Origin: Candidatus Bathyarchaeota archaeon
Lineage (GTDB): Archaea > Thermoproteota > Bathyarchaeia > Bathyarchaeales > Bathyarchaeaceae
NCBI GenBank assembly: GCA_963806645.1
Contig: CAWDYQ010000002.1
Location: 395,141-459,140, forward strand
DNA length: 64,000 nucleotides
Direction: 5' to 3'
Below are positions 21,435 through 29,246 of this stretch, one piece after another. The position numbers and the translations under genes were made by a program. Position 1 is the stretch's first letter; each line of letters starts with the position of its first letter. Below the pieces are notes generated by a model. That model saw only the letters and a program-made list of their open reading frames with translations, made no database searches and was not told the origin of the DNA.

Positions 21435-21529
21435 TTGGGTCCCTTCTAAAGTTCTGTCTAACCTTTGACTTAGTAAAGGTGTTAATAAAATTTAAAGGCA
21501 AAGTAAACTGAATTTGGAAGCGAATTCTT

Positions 21530-22114
21530 TTGATAATTAAGAAATTTCGTTCCATAAAATCTGAGATTCGAGTGTTAGGTATTGACGATGGCCGCTTTAT
21601 CCCCCAAACTCGGGGAACTGTGGATATTGTGGGTGTCGTCTATAGGGGTGGTTATTGGTTTGAGGGTTTAATGCGATCAAAAGTGTCTATAGATGGATTG
21701 GATGCTATAGAAAAAATCGCTTCTATGATAAAAAATTCTCCCTTCTATGGGGAGATTCGAATTGTATTTTTAGACGGACTCTCTTTTGCGGGTTTTAATA
21801 TAGTAGACATCAATGAGCTTTCTCGTATGTTAGATTTACCTGTTATATCCGTAGTACGAGAAAAACCTGATTTGGAGAAAATAAAAAATGCCCTTCAGAA
21901 TCTTCCGGATTTTTTGGAAAGATGGAAGGCTATAGAGAATGCTGGTAAACTAATCAAGGTTAAAAATAGAAAGAATGATAATCCTATTTTCATTCAAATC
22001 GCAGGTATTTTGTTGGATGATGCCGAAAAAATTATTAAAAAAACATCCACGCACAGTAATATTCCTGAAGCATTAAGAGTAGCACATATAATTGCTTCTG
22101 GATTGACTTGTTAA
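21530..22114 (+). CDS. DUF99/UPF0215 family protein (endonuclease V-like fold)
   Basis: 194 aa. IRVLGIDDG N-terminus typical of the family. Confidence 0.65.
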   Translation: MIIKKFRSIKSEIRVLGIDDGRFIPQTRGTVDIVGVVYRGGYWFEGLMRSKVSIDGLDAIEKIASMIKNSPFYGEIRIVFLDGLSFAGFNIVDINELSRMLDLPVISVVREKPDLEKIKNALQNLPDFLERWKAIENAGKLIKVKNRKNDNPIFIQIAGILLDDAEKIIKKTSTHSNIPEALRVAHIIASGLTC

Positions 22115-22162
22115 TAGAAAAGATTTAAAAGAGTAAATTAGCACGAAGATTGCGCAGAAGTT

Positions 22163-22522
22163 GTGGTGAGAGATGTGGAATTTTGTCCGAATTGTGGAAC
22201 GCGGCTAGTTTCAAGTCGCGATAAGAAGGCAAAAAAACCCGTTTTTAGTCTCTTATGCCCAAAATGTGGGTTTAAGAAACAAACCGGAGATAAGCCACCT
22301 CTTACTCCTAAAGCGATAGAGCGTTCTCCCCAAGAATCAATAGCGATTATTGGAAAAGAGGAACAAAAACTTCGTACTTTACCCACAGTTAGAATTGAAT
22401 GTCCCAAATGTGGAAACAATACCGCTTATGCGTGGCAAGTCCAAACCAGAGGAACCGACGAGTCTTCAACACAATTTTTTAGATGTACAAAATGTAGTTA
22501 TACTTTTCGTGAGTATAGCTAA
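22163..22522 (+). CDS. tfs: transcription factor S (TFS/RpoM)
   Basis: N-terminal CPNCG...CPKCG ribbon. C-terminal TFIIS-type ribbon CPKCGN..QTRGTDES..RCTKC with an acidic hairpin. Confidence 0.85.
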   Translation: MVRDVEFCPNCGTRLVSSRDKKAKKPVFSLLCPKCGFKKQTGDKPPLTPKAIERSPQESIAIIGKEEQKLRTLPTVRIECPKCGNNTAYAWQVQTRGTDESSTQFFRCTKCSYTFREYS

Positions 22523-22640
22523 AAAGTCGTCTTTTTTCCCATATATTGACTATTATATGGTAACATACTTCAATTCAATGAAGAATCAAACAGCTTAAAT
22601 TAGAGGTAGCTTAAACATAAATGCTAACGGAGATTTGACA

Positions 22641-23396
22641 ATGTTCAGGGCTAAAATGGCTGATGCAAAAATGTTGAAGGATATGATGGGTGCAATTTCT
22701 ATCCTTGTCGATGAAGCCACCTTTGACCTCACTGCAGATGGGATTAAACTTCGTGCAATGGATCCCTCGCGGGTTGCCATGGTTGATTTCGAGTGGCCTA
22801 AAACGGTTTTTGATGAATATTCTTGTAGCGATAATGCGAAAATGTGTATCAACATAAGTGAACTGCTGAAATTGCTTAGGAGAACCGGAAAAGATGAATC
22901 CGTTGAGCTCTCATTAGATGAAAAGACTGGAAAACTTAAAATTGCTATCAGAGGAAAATATTCTCGTACCTTCAATATGCCAACTTTGGAGGCTATGGAT
23001 GAAGAGGTTCCCACGCCAAAAGTCAATTTCAATGTAAAAGCTAAGACAACTACACAGGGATTACGCGAGGCCATAGAAGACGCTTCCTTAGTTAGCGATC
23101 ATGTTCGAATAGCGGCTGATAGCAAGAAGATGGTTATGAACGCTTCAGGAGATATTATGGGGGCTACTATTGAATTTAAGGCTGGAGATGACGTGCTTCT
23201 TGAAATATCAGCTAAAGAAGATTCTAAAGCAACTTTCAGTCTAAGTTACTTGTCAGAGATTCTAAAGGCGTCTTTGTCAACATCAGAAATTGTCATTATA
23301 GAGTTTTCAACAGATATGCCGATTAAACTGGATTTCCAGCAAGAAAAAGAAGGAAAATTAAAATTCTATTTGGCTCCTAGAATTGAAGTGGAATAA
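22641..23396 (+). CDS. pcn: DNA polymerase sliding clamp PCNA
   Basis: ATG at 22641. About 250 aa with a two-domain PCNA pattern (GIKLRAMDPSRVAMVDF..., FYLAPRIE C-terminus). Confidence 0.9.
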   Translation: MFRAKMADAKMLKDMMGAISILVDEATFDLTADGIKLRAMDPSRVAMVDFEWPKTVFDEYSCSDNAKMCINISELLKLLRRTGKDESVELSLDEKTGKLKIAIRGKYSRTFNMPTLEAMDEEVPTPKVNFNVKAKTTTQGLREAIEDASLVSDHVRIAADSKKMVMNASGDIMGATIEFKAGDDVLLEISAKEDSKATFSLSYLSEILKASLSTSEIVIIEFSTDMPIKLDFQQEKEGKLKFYLAPRIEVE

Positions 23397-23407
23397 TCAG
23401 CAAATAA

Positions 23408-24454
23408 TTGGAGGTTAAGCAGGTACTAACTGCTTACGACCGTGCAAAATACCCGTTCATTGGAAGAGCACCGCTAGTCATGTCAGAGAAATTGGAATAG
23501 ACTTTGACGAATTAGAAAGTGAAATGACTTTTACTCAGTTCTTCGATCGTGCAGAGGAACGTGTTGAAGAGCTCTACTCGACGAATCTGTTTATCTGAAG
23601 ACTAAACCAATAATTGAAAGAATGAAGGGAGATAAGAAATTGAGGTTTTTTCTTTTCCAATAGCGATTATGTTGGTTGTTGGAACTGAAGATTCTTTCAT
23701 AAAAAGTAGGTACGCATTAGCCGAAGCAAAGCGGGCGTCTGAGTTACTTCAGGAATGAGAAATAAAGAGAAATTATTGGGTATGCGCCAACCTTCGATTG
23801 GGATATAGAACGATTAGTCATGAGTCTGTTTGCTTACCTTACGTCTTTAGCTGTAGCTTTCCATTTTTCTTGAGGAATTGCAAGTTCGGTGTTGTTCATG
23901 ATGTCAGATGGAAACTTGTTAATCAGCGTATGATTAATGGGAAAGTTTACCTTACCGAGCGGAAATTAAGTCGTCTTTAGAAGAGGAAGTGCGGAAATAT
24001 ATTGAAGCAAGACTTGACACGAAGATAAAGTTTCATTCCTCCCGCTATTATGGTTAGAGTAAATAGGTTGAGGCAATTGGCTGCAGAGAAACAAGAACAA
24101 ATTACGGCTTGAAGAGATGCCTGACCGTGTTGTGATGGACGCCTTTCCTTCGTGTATTAAGGGTGTTTATGATAGGGTTGGAGCCGGTCGTCCAGCCTCT
24201 CACTTGGGTCGATTTGCATTGACTTCTTTTATGTTAGTATTGGAATGAGTTCGAATGATGTTTTCAAATTTTTTCGTTCAGTCTCTGACTTCAACGAACG
24301 GATGACTCGTTATCAGGTCGAACACATCGCCGGAAGTAGAGGTTCGGGAACAAAATATACTCCCCCAAACTGCTCTACGTTGCGTACACATGGTGTATGC
24401 ATCTCAATAGAACCAGAATGTAAAGGAGCAGTGAATCCGCTTAGTTTGTTATAA
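23408..24454 (+). pseudogene. priL: DNA primase large subunit PriL, multiply frameshifted with in-frame stops
   Basis: PriL blocks appear in the correct order but in changing frames: AKYPFI, VREIGIDFDEL, FSFPIAIMLV..RYALAEAKRA then TGA 23756-23758, WKLVNQ..GKVYLTERKLSRL then TAG, FPSCIKG..HLGRFALTSF, DFNERMTRYQVEHIAG..YTPPNCSTLRTHGVC..NPL. Confidence 0.85.
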
Positions 24455-24577
24455 AGAAAATTAAAAAATTTTCCTGAAGAGAAATCAACTAACGAGTAAA
24501 TGTTTTTTTGCTCTGTTTCTAGTCTTATTCTTCTACTGATCTATTCTTTAATATGCACGTTTTAAAACTTTGGCAAA

Positions 24578-24817
24578 TTAGTCATCTTCATATTCGCTTT
24601 TCGCAAGTTCACCAGAGAATGTGTCTTCATGTTCTTTTCTTTCCAACCCAAGATTCTTTTTCTTTGAGACTTTTTCTCTTCCCAGCATGAAACTGTATTC
24701 GGATTCTGTTATCTCGTCGTTCTCTAGCATCTTTTCCAACTGCTCTTCGTCGTAAATGTCCATTGTTTCAGTTTCTTTCTCTTCTTCGCGAAGAATTTTC
24801 TTTTTTTCTTTGCACAT
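24578..24817 (-). CDS. hypothetical small acidic protein
   Basis: 79-aa intact ORF, very E/D/K rich, antisense to the primase direction. No recognisable domain. Confidence 0.35.
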   Translation of the reverse strand: MCKEKKKILREEEKETETMDIYDEEQLEKMLENDEITESEYSFMLGREKVSKKKNLGLERKEHEDTFSGELAKSEYEDD

Positions 24818-25000
24818 CTTTGTTCAAAAAATACTGACTTTCATGTTTCATATAAATGCATCTAATGATTCATCAAATCTTGTTTTATGCGTCAAAAACA
24901 AAAAAATTTTCATAAAAGAACAGACCTAAAAAAGTTTGTTTATTTGGTCCAAGCCGTATTAATCCGTTTAAATATCATTTTTAATCTAATATTAAAGTCA

Positions 25001-26261
25001 ATGTTGGCGGAAAAATTAACTGTCTTCTTTATCGCAAAATTTCATTCAAGATAAATTCGCAGATTACTATAAACAGAATTTCGCTTCTATTATGGCTCCC
25101 TCCTCTCTCGAACGGCGAGAATTTGGTTTTATTCTACTTGAAAAAAAAGTTATGCTTAGACACCAGGGTTTTAGAGATGTAAACAATCTTAGGTCGACGT
25201 TAGCTACTATAGTACCCTCAGACGTCTATTATTCAAGCGCCTACTACGAACGTCCCGAGGAAGAGATGAAAGAAAAAGGATGGTTAGGTGCAGATCTAGT
25301 TTTTGATATTGACGCAGACCACATTCCGACTCCATGTTCCATAGTTCACGACATCTGGGTCTGCACTGGCTGTGGGGCTTCTGGAAGAGGCAAGCATCCA
25401 CAAATATGTCCCACTTGTGGAAATGGAAAATTCAAGGAAAAGACTTGGCCTTGCGAAGTTTGTTTAGAAGCCTCCAAGGCTGAGGCAATTAAACTGTTAG
25501 ACATCTTGACAGAGGATTTCGGATTTTCTTCAGACGTTTTAACAGTTGCATTTTCTGGGCATAGAGGATATCATGTTCATGTTGAGAGTGAATCGGTTCG
25601 TGGATTTGATTCGTTGGCTCGTAAAGAGATTGTTGATTACCTTATGGGAATCGGTTTAGAGGCGAAGTTTCATGGTTTGGGGAAGAGCTACAACCTGGGA
25701 GAAGGGTTTCTGGTCCAGACCTAAATGATCAGGGATGGAGAGGACGAGTGGCTAAGGGAACCTATGACTTCCTCCTAACTGCTTCAAAAGAAGATTTGCT
25801 TAACACTCGGTCTAAAGCCTGTGCATGTAAAATTCGTTGCTCACTCATAGAGATGCACTTCTGGAGAGCTGGAAAGAAAAGGGTCCTTGGGGTGTCATTC
25901 ATGGGTATAAGTTCAGATACTTGGAAAAAGATAGCTGAATATAGTGTCGAGATGCAGTCTGTGAAAATTGATACTGTTGTTACCCCGGACGTCAATCGGC
26001 TTGATAAGGCTCCCTAATTCATTACATGGGAAAACTGGTTTAAAAAAAGTTGAATTCTCTATTCGGGATATTGAAGATTTTGATCCTCTTAAAAGCGCAG
26101 TAGCTTTTAATGATGGGCTTGTAAAGGTTGATGTTTCAGAGGCTCCTCAATTTCGGGTGAAAGACGAAATTTGGGGTCCTTTTAAGAAACAAAAAGTTGA
26201 ACTACCCACTGCAGCAGCATTGATGCTTCTGTGTAAGGGAATGGCAAAGGTTGTGCAGTAA
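25001..26261 (+). pseudogene. priS: DNA primase catalytic subunit PriS, multiply frameshifted
   Basis: Catalytic motifs are present (DLVFDIDADH, Zn knuckle CTGC..CPTC, SGHRGYHVHV). The gene is spread over at least 6 frame segments: 25001, 25020-25724, 25700-25800, about 25800-25900, 25905-25995 and 25968-26261 (IRLPNSLHGKTGL). Confidence 0.85.
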
Positions 26262-26811
26262 ACTGTATAATGAACTCTATGAACTTTGGAGAAAAGAAAA
26301 AGAATCTTTACATATTCAGAGGCTCCCGAAGAATTTCTATGCTAAAATTGCCTCCTTTATACAAAAAAGTAAGGAGGAAAATCGAATGTTAGACAAAAAA
26401 ACAGCTAAAGCAAAATTGCTGAATTGCGAGGTTAAAAATGTCAAGTTTATGGTTGGGGAACTTTTTGAGCTCCGTTTAAAGAAACTTCAAGAAAACGGTA
26501 TATCTCGTGGAACGGTAGCTAGAGACGCTTTAACTGAAGAAGAGGAAAAGTTGTTTCTAGAAGTTTTTTCTCTAGCGGAAGCATATCATTCTTTTTCAAG
26601 AAATGTTCTCTGTGGGCAATTGTCAAAAATTGATATGGATACAAAATCTGACGTGGAAGTTTTGCGGTTCGTTCAGGAGATTCCTGAATTGGTTGGATCT
26701 GATATGAAGACATATGGTCCTTTTGGTCCAGAGGATATAGCGACTCTGCCGTCAGAGAATGCTCGAGTGCTAATTAAACAAGGAGTTGCCATAAAAGTAG
26801 AATTAAAATAA
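26251..26811 (+). CDS. GINS subunit (Gins15/51-type)
   Basis: 186 aa. N-terminal LYNELYELWRKE..LQRLPKNFY and C-terminal GPFGPEDIATLPSENARVLIKQGVA. Directly downstream of priS, as in other archaea. TTG start. Confidence 0.65.
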   Translation: MCSKLYNELYELWRKEKESLHIQRLPKNFYAKIASFIQKSKEENRMLDKKTAKAKLLNCEVKNVKFMVGELFELRLKKLQENGISRGTVARDALTEEEEKLFLEVFSLAEAYHSFSRNVLCGQLSKIDMDTKSDVEVLRFVQEIPELVGSDMKTYGPFGPEDIATLPSENARVLIKQGVAIKVELK

Positions 26812-26948
26812 ATACCTAATATGTTTATTTCAAGGGTATAATAATTGGTAAAAATTAATGAATTTATTGTTGGAAGATCACTATTTTTGAGTAAAGTTTG
26901 TTTATAATGCATCAAACTTTTAAATCACTTGCAATAATAATATTTATT

Positions 26949-27446
26949 ATGAAACAGCAAAAGTTTCTTAGACTAGTCAGTGAAATGTTGAAAAATTCTA
27001 AGAAAAGCGACAGAGAATTGGCCGGAATTTTAAGGGTTTCACAACCCACTGTTTCCAGAACTCGGGCAAGAATTGAAAAGGAGTATATAAAAACTTACAC
27101 AATAATTCCCGACTTCAAAAAACTTGGATACCAAATAATGGCATTTACCACAGCTAAAACAAAAACTTATCCTGAAACTTTAACGTTAGAAAAGGTAATC
27201 GAGAAATCCAAGAATTGGGTAGCTAAACATCCTAACGTGATCTTTGCTGCAGACGGTGAGGGTTTTGGTAAAGACTTGATTATTATTTCTTTGCACAAAG
27301 ACTATTCCGCTTACACAGCATTCATGCGTTCGTTCGCTATGGATTTGGGAAATTCAATTGACAACTTCGAGTCTTTTCTTGTTAGTATAGGATCTAGATA
27401 CACATTAAGAGATTTTGACCTAAAATATTTAGCAGAAGATATCTGA
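26949..27446 (+). CDS. HTH transcriptional regulator, Lrp/AsnC-like N-terminus
   Basis: ATG at 26949. HTH SDRELAGILRVSQPTVSRTRARIE followed by an alpha/beta effector-like domain. Confidence 0.55.
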   Translation: MKQQKFLRLVSEMLKNSKKSDRELAGILRVSQPTVSRTRARIEKEYIKTYTIIPDFKKLGYQIMAFTTAKTKTYPETLTLEKVIEKSKNWVAKHPNVIFAADGEGFGKDLIIISLHKDYSAYTAFMRSFAMDLGNSIDNFESFLVSIGSRYTLRDFDLKYLAEDI

Positions 27447-27801
27447 AACTTTAGGGACTGCTAGTCGATATATGGCTACAAGTTCGATTCGATTATTATT
27501 AGCAGAGCATCTATGCCTTCTTTAACACAGAGAAAATGGCCTCAGTATTTTTTCTATAACCAAATCTAATCTCCAAGTCTCATGAAACTCTTTCTATTAT
27601 GGATAAAACAGTTATAATTTCAGATTAAAATTTCTAGAGGATATCCCATTTATTATGCTATTAAAAGTCTCCTTACATTTTTTCGTCTTCCAAGAAGATC
27701 CCTTTTTTCTTCTTAGAAAATGATGGTTTGAAGGTTCTCTCCAGAAACAGATAAATAGTAATTAAGGGGCCTGTTTTATACTTAATTAGTCTGTGATCAG
27801 G

Positions 27802-28080
27802 ATGAATACGCCAAAAGAAGTCAATACGTACTGCCCTAAGTGTCAGTCTCATAAGATTCACTCTGTGTCATTGTATAAGGCGGGTAAAAGAAGAGCCTTA
27901 GCAAAGGGTGAAAGAGCTCACGAGTTGAGAGAAAAAAAGGGCTATGGTGGACAAAAGTTCCCTAGGCAACGAAAGTTTGCTAAAGTAACTAAAAAGCAAA
28001 CACTTCGGCTCAAATGTAAGAGTTGTGGATTTATGCGCCATAAGAAAGGCCTTCGTCTTAAAAAGTTAATAATAGTCTAA
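27802..28080 (+). CDS. rpl44e: 50S ribosomal protein L44e
   Basis: ATG at 27802. YCPKCQSH...CKSCG zinc ribbon and a basic sequence. Confidence 0.85.
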   Translation: MNTPKEVNTYCPKCQSHKIHSVSLYKAGKRRALAKGERAHELREKKGYGGQKFPRQRKFAKVTKKQTLRLKCKSCGFMRHKKGLRLKKLIIV

Positions 28081-28097
28081 AGTGGGGTGAAAAAAAG

Positions 28098-28295
28098 TTG
28101 AGAGAATGGGATAAAGTTATACCGAAACCTAAAAGCACGTTCTTGAGAATAAAATGTCCTGACTGTGGAAACGAGCAGTTTGTCTTTAGTCACGCTACAA
28201 CCTCTGTAAATTGTAATGTATGTGCAGCTGTCTTAGCCGAGCCCTCTGGTGGAAAAGCAACAGTCAAGGGCGAAATTACTGACGTAATTGAATAA
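28098..28295 (+). CDS. rps27e: 30S ribosomal protein S27e
   Basis: 65 aa. CPDCGNEQ..CNVC zinc ribbon. L44e-S27e-aIF2alpha order. Confidence 0.85.
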   Translation: MREWDKVIPKPKSTFLRIKCPDCGNEQFVFSHATTSVNCNVCAAVLAEPSGGKATVKGEITDVIE

Positions 28296-28318
28296 ATACT
28301 AACAGGAATTTGAAGAAA

Positions 28319-29110
28319 ATGGGATTAAGGAGACCTGAGTGGCCTGAAGTAGGCGATCTTGTAATTGCTACTATTGAACGAATAACAGATTATGGAGCCT
28401 ACGTTAGGTTGGATGAATACGATAAGGAGGGTCTCCTACATGTTTCTGAGGTTGCTTCTCGCTGGGTACGAAATATCCGTGATTATATTCGTGAAGGACA
28501 GAAGGTTGTTCTTAAAGTTCTGAGGGTTCAAGCAGATAAAGGACAAGTTGACTTGTCGCGTAGAAGAGTTACGAAGCGAGAAAAAAAGGACAAAATTCTG
28601 TTATGGAAAAAAGATCGGAAAGCAGAAAGTCTTTTGCGTACTGCCGCTGAGAAGTTGAACATTTCTTTTGAAGAAATGTACGAGAAGGCAGGGGCGTTAA
28701 TAGAAAATGCCTTTGGAGATCTGCATGAGGGTCTTGAGAAAACTGCAAAAGACGGTGTAGATGTTTTGCTTGATTTGGGTATCGAAAAGGAACTTGCAGT
28801 TACCTTAGATGAGATTTCAAAAGAAAAGATCCAGATATCCTCTGTTAATGTCAGAGGGATTTTGGACCTTCAAAACCCGAAACCTAAAGGTGTATTTCTA
28901 ATTAAAGACGCATTAAAAAAAGCTAAAGAAGTCGGGGAAGCTGAGGGAACTGACGTTAGTGTGTATCTAGTTTCACCTCCAAAATATCGTATTGTTGTTT
29001 CAGCTGACGATTACAAAAGTGCAGAAAGTGTTTTAGAGAAAGCGACAAGCGCTGCGTTAGACAATATCTCAAAGAGTGGCGGAACCGGGTCCTTTAAACG
29101 AGAGAAATAA
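28319..29110 (+). CDS. eif2a: translation initiation factor aIF2 alpha subunit
   Basis: S1 domain (PEVGDLVIATIERITDYGAYVRLDEY..GLLHVSE). ATG at 28319, or TTG at 28310. Confidence 0.85.
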   Translation: MGLRRPEWPEVGDLVIATIERITDYGAYVRLDEYDKEGLLHVSEVASRWVRNIRDYIREGQKVVLKVLRVQADKGQVDLSRRRVTKREKKDKILLWKKDRKAESLLRTAAEKLNISFEEMYEKAGALIENAFGDLHEGLEKTAKDGVDVLLDLGIEKELAVTLDEISKEKIQISSVNVRGILDLQNPKPKGVFLIKDALKKAKEVGEAEGTDVSVYLVSPPKYRIVVSADDYKSAESVLEKATSAALDNISKSGGTGSFKREK

Positions 29111-29196
29111 ATTTCCTTCAAGACTTTTTTCTCTACATTAAGCAAAGATAATCATAATTTTTTCAATGCAATTATTCAGATTTTCGATTTTATACT

Positions 29197-29216
29197 TTAA
29201 TTTTTTAAACTAGACT
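29197..29216. promoter_or_regulatory. candidate operator TTAATTTT(TTAA)ACTAGACT next to a TTTTATACT TATA-like box (29188-29196)
   Basis: Same TTAATTTT..ACTAGACT and TTTTATACT elements recur upstream of nrdH at 31630-31665. Confidence 0.35.
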
Positions 29217-29246
29217 GCTGTAATAGCTCATAATGGTGAGTTAGGT

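Noticed and set aside
27447-27800. 350-bp ORF-free spacer before L44e. AUGAUGG (about 27719) considered as a C box of a C/D sRNA.
   Set aside because: No properly spaced CUGA D box or C'/D' pair. The TTTTATAC near 27775 is better explained as the L44e promoter.
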